Source: Mesotaenium endlicherianum
Taxonomy: Eukaryota
Assembly: GCA_009602735.1 (NCBI GenBank)
Contig: WELA01000395.1
Coordinates: 131,484 to 195,483 of the forward strand
Direction: 5' to 3'
DNA length: 64,000 nucleotides
Within the stretch, counting starts at the first letter, position 1, and every line of letters begins with the position of its first letter. This document shows, in pieces, positions 52,969-63,711 of this stretch. Below the pieces are notes generated by a model that did not search any database, had not been told where the DNA came from, and saw only the letters and a list, made by a program, of their open reading frames with translations. Position numbers and translations under genes: made by a program.

Positions 52969-53905
52969 TGTAACGATCCGAGCTATTTTAGGCGTATTTG
53001 GGACGTTTTCCCAATTACCTAAAGTACGTTATACTATTTATCATATTATTTGATAAATGATTGCATCATATTCAATTATTTACGTGTGTGCCGATTAATT
53101 CCTGGTCGACTGGCGAAACGACCGAGATACTATTGCAAAAAGCGTCGTAACGTAACTCGACTACTTCGCAAAAGTACGACATAATTATTCATAAAGTTAC
53201 TTTGATTACTTATGAGATGATAACTAATTAAATCATTGATTGATTAAGTTGATCTGATTGCCATTATTTCGACTATGCACACTCACAGATTTCGAATTAC
53301 GACCAGTCGTTAACACGAACAAACCGTCGTATCAAGATACGAACAAACCGTCGTAAAGACAAACGGAACGAAATGTGCAAAGTCGCTTTGCATCGACGCG
53401 GATTCGAACCCGCGCCTTGTCGTTCGTAACGTTCACACCTAAACTAATTGGCCAAGTAGTTATTCGTAACTTGTGATCTATGACGTAGTTATATGAGCGC
53501 GGCTTTGCGAACAGTCGCGACTTTTCGAAAAGTCGCGAGAACGCGAAAACGCCCGTTTGGCGCGAACCGGTTTTCTGAAAATCGTTAAAAAGTCTCCAAA
53601 CCGCCAAACGGCGCGTTTCGAGCATTCGGCCGAATGGGACACGTCCCTTCGACCGTTTTCGTTGAACATGAACCAGTGCCCTAGGTGGTGACTCGAAGCA
53701 CTCCAGTGCCTCATGTTGTGCAGGTATAAATACCTGTAGAGTCATTGTGATTGCAACTCTCACAAGCACACATTCTAAGTTAGTTTACATTTTCGCTCTT
53801 TCGAGTATTCGTCGATTTGCACAATTATACAGATTTTCCTTCCACTTGAATTAAATATTCCTTGAATACCGAGGAAAGATCCTCTCGAAAAGCAGAAACG
53901 TAACA
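52969..53905 (+). mobile_element. 5' LTR (937 bp) of an outer LTR retrotransposon that continues past the window end
   Basis: Starts TGTAACG and ends CGTAACA (imperfect inverted termini). TATAAATA near 53726. Followed after 1 nt by a Met-tRNA PBS. Predicted TSD GTCGG (52964-52968). The internal region has no intact ORF in the window. Confidence 0.8.
53390..53462 (-). other. tRNA-derived pseudo-sequence (Pol III A box and B box) inside the LTR
   Basis: The minus strand has TGGCCAATTAG (53454-53444) and GGTTCGAATCC (53410-53400) at tRNA spacing, a TT-ACG-AA loop and a CGCGG/CCGCG T-stem. Acceptor and anticodon stems do not pair, so it is not a functional tRNA. Confidence 0.55.
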
Positions 53906-53906
53906 T

Positions 53907-53918
53907 TGGTATCGGAGC
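53907..53918 (+). other. primer binding site (tRNA-iMet) of the outer element
   Basis: TGGTATCGGAGC directly after the LTR end. Confidence 0.85.
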
Positions 53919-54010
53919 CGATCTCGGTTTCTCCAAGGAATTATTTTTTCTTTAGTGGTTTGGAAATATATTGTGGGAAAATATATTTTAGGGGCAATTC
54001 TTTACTCGGA

Positions 54011-54206
54011 CGGTCACCGATCCCAGTATTGCCCTGCGCTCCGGTCGCTTATCATAGTTTCTGGGGCAGCTTGTCGAGCGGTCACCCATCCCAGTTCTGC
54101 ACTGCGCGACGGTCGCTTATCATAGTTTTTAGGGCAGATTGTTGGCGCAGTCACCCATCCCAGTCCTGCCGTGCGCTACGATCGCTTATTGTAGTTCGTG
54201 GGCAGA
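54011..54206 (+). repeat. 3 x 68-69-bp tandem repeat in the leader of the outer element
   Basis: Units begin c(g/a)gtcacc(g/c)atcccagt at 54011, 54079 and 54148. Confidence 0.85.
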
Positions 54207-54891
54207 AACCTCGGCTTCCATATGGAACCGACATTAGTGCCAACGCTGCTGCCGCTCTTGCCGCTGGCCACGACGACAACCTCAACGGTCCCTCAGGCCA
54301 ACTAGGCGCTGTCGGATTTTTTTCCGTTGAACCTTTCTTTTTTCGCCGTTACTAACAACGCGCTTGTTTCTTTTTCAGACGATTTCGACTTTTGTGGTGA
54401 AGGGCGCCTATTCAGCCCCTTGCACATGTTCAAGTCAAAATCTGCACCCGTTTGGGGCTTTTGGCTCCGTTGCACACAAAAGGGGTCCATAGGGGACTTG
54501 TCGCGCACAATTTATGGATTCAGAACATTGTCGTCCATATTTGGTCACGTTTTGACCAGTTTTTGACATGTTTCTTTGACATTAGGTTGATTTTGTTGCT
54601 CACTTGAGTTTGTGGATTGTTTCCCTTTCTCTATTGCTTTGGCACGATGCTTTTGCATCTGTTCTATCTCGTCCATTTGTGACTCACCCCTCTCACATGG
54701 ATTTGAGCTTGAAAGCGATAAGAACACCGCCCTGCTTATCACAACGCTCACTCAAATCATGTCAAGGATGACATTGCATATTACTTGATAAGTGCCAATT
54801 TCTTCTGAGCTATTCACAACACGACTTAGTGAGCAGGAAATTCTAGGTGTTTGTTCGCAAGCACCAAAAGTTCTTGTACACTCTGGCATAC

Positions 54892-55611
54892 TGAAATGAA
54901 TCGACTTACCAAATAGGCGATTAACAATTAATAAAGATCTTTATATCAGCAAGTAATCTTTATGGTATTTCCGTTAACTAGTTAAACGGCAAAGGACAAT
55001 ACACTAGCAGGGAATAATACTCGTAAGTCAAATGCGAGTAAACTAGCATCAATGATGCAAATCAGTAAACTCATACATAAGCAAGGTTAGAAGACAGTGC
55101 GTATCAATGGCTTCTCGCCTTGGATTCAGATCTCTCTCAGTAAGCTGTACAAGAGAGTTGGCCTCGTTTCCGAATGCCGAACTCGAGAGCAATGCCTAGC
55201 ATATGTACATGGAATGAGTTTACTGTTCAACGGTCAGTGCGATGGCACCGCCTACCCGGGAGTTAACCACGTTGGTAGGACCTCGGTTAACCAAATCCAC
55301 CGCCATCTCCCATCATCCCGAATAGCCATCCATCATAGGGATGTCATCTGGCTATTCATCTAGCATATCGCACTTAGATGCATATCAAGGCAGTTCGCTG
55401 CTACCGAGTACGGAAGTCAGCTTGCTGTCAAAGAATGTGTCAGCAAGCTGACTTATATGGACTTTCAGCCTGCTGCTTTCGACTGAGTCATCAAACTGAT
55501 AATTATGTAAAGTCCAGCAGACTGACTATTAACTAAAGTTCAGCAGGCTGAACTTAATTAACTATTATATTTAAATGAATATTATATCCACTAATATACT
55601 GATTCATTACA
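54892..55611 (-). repeat. 3' LTR (720 bp) of the chromovirus
   Basis: On + it reads TGAAATGAATC...GATTCATTACA. Direct repeat of 62967-63711. Confidence 0.95.
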
Positions 55612-55627
55612 ATCCCTCCAACTTAAC
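55612..55627 (-). other. polypurine tract
   Basis: Minus strand GTTAAGTTGGAGGGAT immediately precedes the 3' LTR TG. Confidence 0.75.
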
Positions 55628-55724
55628 TTGTTGTCGCCTCGACAACATTAAACTGCAGAAATTTTAAATAAGGGAACTGAACCTGACCAGCCTCCCTTAC
55701 TGACTGCCTCTTCAGCGTGTCACC

Positions 55725-57401
55725 TTAAGGGGTTGTTCCTGGGGCTTCAGAATCAGGAGACGGAGATCTGGACCTAGATCTGGACAGCCCTCTAGGTCTG
55801 TCAGCTGGCCTTCTAAAGAACCCTGTTTGCTCTAAAGTTGGCCCTCGAGGAGAACGGAGGATGGTGGCCTGCTCTTCAACCACTTGGGTGTTGATTCCCA
55901 CATAGACAGGCATTCCAGTAGGATGCTGAAATACATTGGCTAGAGGTACATGCCCCTGAGCGGAGGGGGAGGCTGGCATACCTCTGGCCCACCCGCGTGT
56001 CCCTCTTCTGGCACCCCTGTCCTCTGGGGATTTCTGCCTGTGTCTGCTGCCCAATACAGTCAGATCAGCTTCTTCCCCTGCTTGGGCAGGTGGGCTGTGG
56101 GAGCGAGCGCGGGGTCCAGTAGTCGCCATAACGGGGATCACATTCCAAACACCTGATCGTGGTTCTTTAAGAAGCGCCCCTGCCTGTCCCTGGGTATCCT
56201 GAGTACCTGCTGCTGATGCTTCTCCTCTGCCTTGTTCTTCTTCCTCATCCTCCTCATCCTCCTCCTCGGAGAGAGTAGGGGTCTCGTCCACTAAGTCGTC
56301 CTGCTCCCTAGTAGACATGGAGTAGTCTACCGACCTCCCTTTCTTAGGGCGCGCTGGAGGTTGCTTGGCCTTCAGCCTACTGATATCTATCCGGCCTGCA
56401 TTCTTTGCCCATTTGACAAAGGCATGCTTTCCCTTAGAGAAGTACTCTCTTCCCCTCCTCCTATGTTCCTTGGTCTCTGCATTCATATTGCTCAGGCATC
56501 CATTCAGCCTGGGGTCCCAAGGGGCAATGTGAGGTGGTAGGATGAGATAGCCGTCTAGGCCATAGTGGAAGTCATCCGGTTGGGCTCGGTCACACTCCTG
56601 CTTCTTATTTGTGACGGTCATCCACCTCCAGTCTGTTGGCTGCTGGTAGTACTGGGGTCCGTGCTCAGCCTTCCTCAGTTTACACGGGAACCAGTGGGGA
56701 GAGAACATCTGCTGTCCTGCTTCCCTGGCCAAGTACTCCCAGCTCCTTCTCTCAACTTCATTGTAAGCTGGCAGGAGTGTGAGGTAGAATACCGTATCCT
56801 TAAAGCTATCGGGCCGCATGCTCACCATCCGGATGAGTCTCTGATCTCCCACTATTCCCGGTATGGGGACCGGCTTGTCCTCTGAATCATCTGCGAGATA
56901 CCGGGCCTGCTCTGCTGTATAGCCCACCATCTTAGCATAATCTTCGTAAAGGACCACGCCGGTGTGTGTCTCGATGTACCTGTCCAGTGCTGTAGCTCCT
57001 TCCTTCTGTAGCAGTGTTGTCTGTTCCAGCCTGTTGATCTCCTGGGCTGCCAGCAATGCTTCCTTCAGGTTATCGAAGTTTTGGCCACCCACCACAGTAT
57101 ACCTGTAAGTGGCCAAGCTCTTCTGTCTGTCCGCTTCAATCTTTTTTCTTTTCTCCTCTTCTGCCGCTGCCGCTTCTTCTTGCTGTTTCTTCTGTCTCTC
57201 CTCCTCAGCCTTCCTGAGGTTTTCCGCTTCCTGATCCTTCTTCCTCTGTGCCTCTTCTGCCGCCTCTTGTTGTTTGCGGACCCTTTCTTGTTCTCTCCTG
57301 GTGAGGGACGTCGCCGCCAGCTCCTTCTGGTATTGCTCCATTGTCCTCCTGGCTTCTTCTGCCTTGCGCTTTCTGTCCTCCTTTTGTGTGGTGGGCGCCA
57401 T
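55725..57401 (-). CDS. retrotransposon accessory ORF3, unknown function, 558 aa
   Basis: Uninterrupted ORF between pol and the 3' LTR, same strand as gag-pol. The ATG at 57401 lies 1 nt after a CAG acceptor. E/R/K-rich helix, globular aromatic-rich core, acidic tract and SR-like tail. Confidence 0.85.
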   Translation of the reverse strand: MAPTTQKEDRKRKAEEARRTMEQYQKELAATSLTRREQERVRKQQEAAEEAQRKKDQEAENLRKAEEERQKKQQEEAAAAEEEKRKKIEADRQKSLATYRYTVVGGQNFDNLKEALLAAQEINRLEQTTLLQKEGATALDRYIETHTGVVLYEDYAKMVGYTAEQARYLADDSEDKPVPIPGIVGDQRLIRMVSMRPDSFKDTVFYLTLLPAYNEVERRSWEYLAREAGQQMFSPHWFPCKLRKAEHGPQYYQQPTDWRWMTVTNKKQECDRAQPDDFHYGLDGYLILPPHIAPWDPRLNGCLSNMNAETKEHRRRGREYFSKGKHAFVKWAKNAGRIDISRLKAKQPPARPKKGRSVDYSMSTREQDDLVDETPTLSEEEDEEDEEEEQGRGEASAAGTQDTQGQAGALLKEPRSGVWNVIPVMATTGPRARSHSPPAQAGEEADLTVLGSRHRQKSPEDRGARRGTRGWARGMPASPSAQGHVPLANVFQHPTGMPVYVGINTQVVEEQATILRSPRGPTLEQTGFFRRPADRPRGLSRSRSRSPSPDSEAPGTTP

Positions 57402-57668
57402 CCTGCACATGTAACCAGGGCACAAGTTAGTAGGATATGGACCTTTGTCATAGGGATTGCAGGAAGTATGATAGTATTTAGTATAGTGGCTTCGCTGCTG
57501 TTTACCTTACAGGATGATTGCTAAAAGTTGACGTAGTTGCGATGCGCTACACATAAACGTATGAGTGTGTTTTTATCGCTCTCGCTCACCTACTGTCATA
57601 TATTTTCCCCTTCAACTTAAATGGAGACAGGACCGCCTGTCATCTTCCCGTGTCAACTGAAATGACAG

Positions 57669-60600
57669 TTATGGAGGGACTCCAGCGGCCCGAAGGTGGA
57701 ACCGTGTCAACGCCCCTTTGGCATTGGTCAAGTGGTCTTTAAACTCCCAAGTGTCTCCAGAGGCATCGTAACCCTTCCATCGAATGAGGTATTTCATGAC
57801 ACATTTAGACGATCGACGGACCGAGCGAGCGTCTAAAATCTCATCGACCTCATATTCCTCAGGGTCGCCGTCCCGGACAGCGGGGACCGGTCCCGGTTGG
57901 ACAGGGAACCGATTTGTGAACAGTGTATCACCTTTGATGTACGGTTCCAGGAAGGAGACATTAAAGACCGGGTGCCCCTTGTATTCAGCTGACATGTTCA
58001 GTTTGTAAGCATTCTGACCGACACGACGGACCACCGAATATGGACCGACCCAGACAGGGCCAAGCTTTTTCTTGACCACACCAGGGAGGTACAGGTGCTG
58101 AGAATGCAGTTTGACTAAATCCCCCTTGGAAAATGTCAGTTCCCGACGGTGTTGATTAGCGTATTTTTGTTGATTTTGCTGGGCCGTGTGCAAGTTTCGT
58201 TGGACTTCGAACAGGGTGTCAGCAAACTCCTGAGTTAACTGGAGGGAGACCGGGTTGTCAATCCCTTCAGGGTGAGTTAAAGATTCCCCTAGCACATCTA
58301 GAGGAGACCTAGGGACTCTACCCAGGCTGAGTTCAAAAGGAGTTTTGCCCGTTGACGCGTGCACCGCACTGTTGACCGCAAACTGAATTTGAGGCAACAG
58401 GTCATCCCAATTATCTTGTTTTTGGTTAATATATGCTCTCAGCACCTCCTGCAGAACTCGGTTAGTTCTTTCAGTCTGCCCATCAGTCTGAGGGTGGTTT
58501 GCTGTGCTGAGCAGCTGTTTGACTCCCATTAACCCCATTAAAGCTCTCCAGAACTTAGAGGTGAATTTTGAGTCTCTGTCTGAGATGATATTAGAAGGGA
58601 GCCCATGTTGGCATACTACATGGTTGTAAAACTGTCTCGCTGTTTCGAGTGCAGTCACTTTGACAGTTGTGGGGATAAAAATGACCATTTTTGTCAGTTT
58701 ATCCACGACTACCAGTATTGAATCATGCCCGTTGGCAGTTCTTGGTAGTGAGACCACCCAGTCCATGGATATAGTTTCCCAGCGTCCCGCTGGGATGGGT
58801 AGCGGTTGCAAGAGACCTCCGGGTGGTGTGTGCCGAGACTTATTTCTCTGACACTGGTCACAGGACTTGACATATTTCAAGACCTCCCGGGGTAACCCCT
58901 CCCAATGATAATGTTTTGCCAGTTTGCCAACAGTTTTGGCCTGCCCCAAATGTCCACCCAGGAGACTGTCATGAGCTTGACTCAGTAAGAGAGACCTTAT
59001 TTCCAAGTTATTAGGAATGACCAGCTTCAGCCTGCCTGAAGTGGTTTCAGTCACCCAGACCCCTCCCTTGAGCTTATACCCGAGTGCAGTAGCACGACAC
59101 ACACCAGTAGTGGGGCTGGGCTCAAATGTTGGGTCAGAAAGGTAGGCTTTCCTAAGTTGTTCAAGGAAGGACTTTTTCACCTTTAGTGAAGTGAGTGCAC
59201 ACAGGACTTTATCTACAGCATGCTGACTAAAGTTCCTTTCTTGCAAGTCAGGTCTTCTAGAGAGTGCATCAGCAGGATTCAACTTCCCTGGTTTGTAGTC
59301 GATCTGGACTTGGAACTGCTCCAGCATCTGGCTCCAGCGGTTCTCCCTCCTCGACAGCTTGGACTTCTTCTGAAAGTGGGTCAGAGCTAGATGATCTGTA
59401 ATCACCTTAAAAGCTTTACCATGTAAGTATGCTCTCCACTGTTTGAGTACATGAATGATAGCTAGCAGCTCTTTATCATGCACTGAGTAATTAATCTCCG
59501 CTGGATTAAATTTCATAGACTCATACAACACAGGATGCCACTCCTGCCGTACCTTACCATCCTTTGTGGTTTTGTCAGCAGGCTGCAACAAAATAGCACC
59601 CATGGCAAAATCAGAGGCATCAGTAACCACCTGCACCGGTTTGCTGGGGTCATACACGGCTAGCACTGGGGCAGAACAAAGGGCATCTTTAAGGGTCTGG
59701 AAGGCAGCCTGCTGCTCTTCCCCCCACACATACCCGATGTCTTTCTTAGTAAGGTCAGTCAGTTTACTGGCCTTTGTGGAATAATTCTCAATAAATCTCC
59801 TATAGTAGTTAGCCAACCCGAGGAAGGATCTAACTTCAGAGACAGACTGTGGTACTGGCCAGTCCCTTATGGTCTGGACTTTCTTAGGATCCACACTGAT
59901 GCCCTCTTTACTGACAACGTGGCCTAAGAATTCAATACTTTCCTTAAAGAAATCACACTTGCTCATTTTAGCATACAAGTGATTTTTCCGCAGAGTGTCC
60001 AGCACTTTCTTTAAGTGTTCAGTGTGCTGAGCTTCATCTTTAGAGAAAATTAAAATATCATCCAGGAAAACTTGCACAAACTTATCCAAATAAGGTCTGA
60101 AAATGTCATTCATAGCACCCATAAAGGTAGCAGGAGCATTAGTCAGTCCAAATGGCATCACGTTGAACTCATAGTGTCCATAACGTGTGCGGAAAGCAGT
60201 CTTGTGTTCATCCCCCTCAGCAATTCTGATTTGATGATAACCACTCTTGAGATCTATCTTACTGAACACCTTAGCGCCAGACAGGGTATCAAGCAAGTCC
60301 TCGATCCTGGGTAAAGCATACTTGTTCTTTACTGTAATTCTGTTCAGGGCTCTGTAATCCACACACATCCGCATACTGCCATCCTTTTTCTTAACAAATA
60401 GGATAGGTGCGCCGTACGGTGATTTACTGGGAGAAATGTAACCATTTTCCTCCAGCTCTGCAATCTGTGTTTTCAACTCCTCGCTCTCCAAATAAGACAA
60501 GCCATAAGTGCGTTGCCAGGGTGGCTGGCTACCAGGTAATAGATCAATCCTATGATCTACTTCCCTTTTAGGGGGTAGTCCTGGAGGCATGTTAAACACA

Positions 60601-61499
60601 TCAGTGTACTGAGCAACAATTTTTGCAGCAGTAGGGTGCTCCGGAGGGCTTACCTTTTTCTCAACCACTTCTTCAGGTTGAGGAGGTACCTCTCTTAGCA
60701 GCAGACAGAACATTCTGTCTTCCTTCTGGTTCCAGCTTTTGACGAACTCCATTGCATTCAGCAACTTGCATCCTTCTGGAAGCCTCTTCTTTTCCTTCAT
60801 TTGCCATCCACACAGGACAAGAGGAAGAGCACTGGTGGGTGCCAAGTCAGTCTGCCCATCACTGGCTCCTCTCACTTTAACTGTACCTCTGCTCCAACAC
60901 ACTTCAGCTTGATGTCTATTAAGCCAGGACCTGCCTAGCACGAGATCATAAAAGCCAGTGTTGAGTACCTCAAATGTAAGCGTTTCAGTTAGAACTGCAA
61001 TGCCAGAACCTAACTGGACCTCAATAGGCTTGGTTATAACTCCTCCCGGGATACTTGAGGCATCTCCAAGGAATATTTTTCTATTCCCTTGGGTGACAGT
61101 AGGCAGCCTTAGCCGCTTAACTAAGTCCTTGTGAATAAAAGTATGTGACGCCCCTCCGTCAACAAATGCCCTCACCTTCCTACCTGCAATCATGCAATGC
61201 AGTAGGATAGGGGGGACTGTCTTTTCCTGACTTTCGCATTGTTCTCCTGACGTAGCAAAGAAATGTTGGACATCAGGTGGAACAAGAGCATCCAGAGTGT
61301 GCACTCTCTGGACGTCTATATTACTGATGGTCTCCTTTATCTGTTTGTCAGGCATGCATAGTGAATCCAGTTCAGCAGGACCCATAATACCTGCTACGAG
61401 GGCAGCTAGTGACGACTCACTATCTCTAGCATCCTCACAGTCAGTAGACTGGATTACTGACTGTTGCTGTCTTTTAAAGGCTGGTCTTTTCTCTCGACC
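57669..61499 (-). CDS. pol: Pol polyprotein (protease, reverse transcriptase, RNase H, integrase, chromodomain), probably made by -1 frameshift from gag
   Basis: Frame is open from 61499 (first ATG at 61385). Motifs: [58 protein letters not shown]...[25 protein letters not shown], and chromodomain [11 protein letters not shown]...[16 protein letters not shown]. Confidence 0.97.
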   Translation of the reverse strand, partial: GREKRPAFKRQQQSVIQSTDCEDARDSESSLAALVAGIMGPAELDSLCMPDKQIKETISNIDVQRVHTLDALVPPDVQHFFATSGEQCESQEKTVPPILLHCMIAGRKVRAFVDGGASHTFIHKDLVKRLRLPTVTQGNRKIFLGDASSIPGGVITKPIEVQLGSGIAVLTETLTFEVLNTGFYDLVLGRSWLNRHQAEVCWSRGTVKVRGASDGQTDLAPTSALPLVLCGWQMKEKKRLPEGCKLLNAMEFVKSWNQKEDRMFCLLLREVPPQPEEVVEKKVSPPEHPTAAKIVAQYTDVFNMPPGLPPKREVDHRIDLLPGSQPPWQRTYGLSYLESEELKTQIAELEENGYISPSKSPYGAPILFVKKKDGSMRMCVDYRALNRITVKNKYALPRIEDLLDTLSGAKVFSKIDLKSGYHQIRIAEGDEHKTAFRTRYGHYEFNVMPFGLTNAPATFMGAMNDIFRPYLDKFVQVFLDDILIFSKDEAQHTEHLKKVLDTLRKNHLYAKMSKCDFFKESIEFLGHVVSKEGISVDPKKVQTIRDWPVPQSVSEVRSFLGLANYYRRFIENYSTKASKLTDLTKKDIGYVWGEEQQAAFQTLKDALCSAPVLAVYDPSKPVQVVTDASDFAMGAILLQPADKTTKDGKVRQEWHPVLYESMKFNPAEINYSVHDKELLAIIHVLKQWRAYLHGKAFKVITDHLALTHFQKKSKLSRRENRWSQMLEQFQVQIDYKPGKLNPADALSRRPDLQERNFSQHAVDKVLCALTSLKVKKSFLEQLRKAYLSDPTFEPSPTTGVCRATALGYKLKGGVWVTETTSGRLKLVIPNNLEIRSLLLSQAHDSLLGGHLGQAKTVGKLAKHYHWEGLPREVLKYVKSCDQCQRNKSRHTPPGGLLQPLPIPAGRWETISMDWVVSLPRTANGHDSILVVVDKLTKMVIFIPTTVKVTALETARQFYNHVVCQHGLPSNIISDRDSKFTSKFWRALMGLMGVKQLLSTANHPQTDGQTERTNRVLQEVLRAYINQKQDNWDDLLPQIQFAVNSAVHASTGKTPFELSLGRVPRSPLDVLGESLTHPEGIDNPVSLQLTQEFADTLFEVQRNLHTAQQNQQKYANQHRRELTFSKGDLVKLHSQHLYLPGVVKKKLGPVWVGPYSVVRRVGQNAYKLNMSAEYKGHPVFNVSFLEPYIKGDTLFTNRFPVQPGPVPAVRDGDPEEYEVDEILDARSVRRSSKCVMKYLIRWKGYDASGDTWEFKDHLTNAKGALTRFHLRAAGVPP
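61437..61478 (-). promoter_or_regulatory. -1 programmed ribosomal frameshift signal (slippery heptamer plus hairpin)
   Basis: T-TTA-AAA in the gag frame at 61478-61472, a 7-nt spacer, then a perfect 10-bp stem ACAGTCAGTA/TACTGACTGT with an 8-nt loop. Confidence 0.75.
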
Positions 61500-62932
61500 T
61501 TAGGCAGGTGCTTGACCGGACACTGTTCTCTGTAGTGGCCTTTCTGCTGACAATGGTAGCAAGTAGATTTTGCTGAGGCTGGTCTCGGCTTAGTCCTACC
61601 ACCACCCCTTCCATAGCCACCTCGAGAGGGACCACCTCTACCTCTAGACTGAATAGCATTGTACTCATACTCATATTCATCACCCTGATTATCCTCAGCC
61701 TGGTCTCCTTCAACTGCATTGTAGGAACCGTGGGGCTTTTTGACAATCTTAGACACCAAAGCGTTACTCTGGCGCTTGTGATTGAACTGCTGCTGATCCC
61801 AGGCGTCAGCATCCTGGATCAAGTCAGCCAGTTTCTCATACTTTTTCTCAGCAAAATGACCAGAGACCTCGGATTTCAAGCCATACCTGAAGTATGCTAT
61901 CCTATACCGTTCTGGCAAATCAGGCTGCTTCATCATGTTCTCTTGGAACTTTTGAGCAAACTCAGCAACTGAAGTGGTCTGCTTCAGTGTCAGGGAGATC
62001 ATCGCATAGATAGCTTTCTCCTGCTGGTTGATGACATCAAACTTCTCATGCAACTTCTCGACAAACTCTACCCACGTAGGGTCACCGAGTTGCCGAGCCT
62101 TACGCTCTTCCTTCCAGTAAAGCCACCAGTCTGCGGCACTGCCTTTCAGTAGCGCACCGGTGTGCCTGACCTTCTCGTAATCTTGCAGTTCTGGGTAGTT
62201 CTCCAGCCACTGCTCAACATCCGCGAGAAACTTGATCAGGTAATATTTTCTGTTTCCCTCAGGATCATAGTCCTGGGGAGGTTTCGGCTTGGGCTTACTA
62301 GGCCCTCGGCCACCACCACTAGTGGTGTGAGACCCCAGTTGGTCTCTGTCCCGGAGTAGGGACATTATGATTCTTTTGTCCTCCTGCTGGGACTGATACA
62401 TGGTCGCCATTTGCGACTGCATCTGAACGAACAATGCTCCCAAGTCTACATTTTGGGGTGGTAGATTAGCAAATGCAGCAGCAGCATTGGCATCTACTCG
62501 CTGAGTAGTGTCCTCAACAATCCCTCTTGCTCCTGCAGCAGCAATTCCTGCCGCATTCAGCCGGTCACGTATTTGACCTAGGGGTACATTGAGTTGTACG
62601 GCAGGAGGTGGGTTCAGAACATTGGCCCTTGATGCCATAAGTTCTTCAACAGTGCGCTCGTCAGCTGGCTGTCCTTCCCTCCTTTGTATATCTTCAGCGG
62701 CCTTTGCTACTTGTTCAGCTTCTAGTCTGGCTATCTCCTCCTCAGCTTGCTGAGCTGCGACTGAGGCAATAGCAGCTGCCTCATCTGCAGCCTCCCTAGC
62801 TGCAGTATCCGCTACTGCTTCCGAATAGGTACGGTTTCCCGCTACATGGCTTTCCGCCTGGTTTTCGACATTCTCGTTATCCTGGTTCTCCATGTCTCGG
62901 GAGTTGCTAGTTTGAGACCTTGTCCTTACCAT
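61454..62932 (-). CDS. gag: Gag polyprotein, 492 aa
   Basis: Begins 21 nt after the PBS. Capsid-like segment [10 protein letters not shown]...[13 protein letters not shown]...[14 protein letters not shown]...FRYGLK, RGG-rich stretch and CCHC knuckle [14 protein letters not shown]. Confidence 0.95.
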   Translation of the reverse strand: MVRTRSQTSNSRDMENQDNENVENQAESHVAGNRTYSEAVADTAAREAADEAAAIASVAAQQAEEEIARLEAEQVAKAAEDIQRREGQPADERTVEELMASRANVLNPPPAVQLNVPLGQIRDRLNAAGIAAAGARGIVEDTTQRVDANAAAAFANLPPQNVDLGALFVQMQSQMATMYQSQQEDKRIIMSLLRDRDQLGSHTTSGGGRGPSKPKPKPPQDYDPEGNRKYYLIKFLADVEQWLENYPELQDYEKVRHTGALLKGSAADWWLYWKEERKARQLGDPTWVEFVEKLHEKFDVINQQEKAIYAMISLTLKQTTSVAEFAQKFQENMMKQPDLPERYRIAYFRYGLKSEVSGHFAEKKYEKLADLIQDADAWDQQQFNHKRQSNALVSKIVKKPHGSYNAVEGDQAEDNQGDEYEYEYNAIQSRGRGGPSRGGYGRGGGRTKPRPASAKSTCYHCQQKGHYREQCPVKHLPKVERKDQPLKDSNSQ

Positions 62933-62953
62933 ACAAAGAAGACTGTGATAACT

Positions 62954-62965
62954 GCTCCGATACCA
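62954..62965 (-). other. primer binding site (tRNA-iMet) of the chromovirus
   Basis: Minus strand TGGTATCGGAGC, 1 nt after the 5' LTR end. Confidence 0.9.
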
Positions 62966-62966
62966 C

Positions 62967-63711
62967 TGAAATGAATCGACTTACCAAAGAGGCAATTCTC
63001 AATTAATAAAGATCTTTATATCAGCAATTGATCTTTATGGTATTTCCGTTAACTAGTTAAACGGCAAAGGACAATACACTAGCAGGGAATAATACTCGTA
63101 AGTCAAATGCGAGTAAACTAGCATCATTAATGCAAATCAATAAACTCATACATAAGCAAGGTTAGAAGACAGTGCGTATCAATGGCTTCTCGCCTTGGAT
63201 TCAGATCTCTCTCAGTAAGCTGTACAAGAGAGTTGGCCTCGTTTCCGAATGCCGAACTCGAGAGCAATGCCTAGCATATGTACATGGAATGAGTTTACTG
63301 TTCAACGGTCAGTGCGATGGCACCGCCTACCCGGGAGTTAACCACGTTGGTAGGACCTCGGTTAACCAAATCCACCGCCATCTCCCATCATCCCGAATAG
63401 CCATCCATCATGGGGATGTCATCTGGCCATTCATCTAGCAGGTGGTACTTAGATGCATATCAAGGCAGTTCGCTGCTACCGAGCACGGAAGTCAGCTGGC
63501 TGTCAAAGAATGTGTCAGCAAGCTGACTTTAGTTGACTTCAGCCTGCTGCTTTTGGCCGAGTCATTAGACTGATAATTATGTAAAGTCCAGCAGACTGAT
63601 TATTAACTAAAGTTCAGCAGACTGACTACTAACTAAAGTTTAGCAGGCTGAACTAAATTAACTATTACATTTAAAGGAATATTATATCTACTAATATACT
63701 GATTCATTACA
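62967..63711 (-). repeat. 5' LTR (745 bp) of the chromovirus
   Basis: Direct repeat of 54892-55611 with one extra 26-bp tandem unit (AGCAGACTGATTATTAACTAAAGTTC) and scattered substitutions. Confidence 0.95.

Larger units (their letters stand above)
54892..63711 (-). mobile_element. full-length Ty3/gypsy chromovirus LTR retrotransposon (8820 bp) with an extra third ORF
   Basis: Two LTRs, 5-bp TSD CATAC (54887-54891 and 63712-63716), PBS, PPT, gag, and pol in PR-RT-RH-IN-chromodomain order. Confidence 0.97.

Noticed and set aside
53390..53462. Functional tRNA-Arg(ACG) gene
   Set aside because: Acceptor and anticodon stems do not pair; kept only as a tRNA-derived element.
55097..55363. 88-aa ORF repeated at 63172-63438
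   Set aside because: GTG start, antisense, and duplicated only because it lies in the LTRs; no coding evidence.
55725..57401. ORF3 as an envelope glycoprotein
   Set aside because: No signal peptide or hydrophobic transmembrane segment; highly charged and nuclear-looking.
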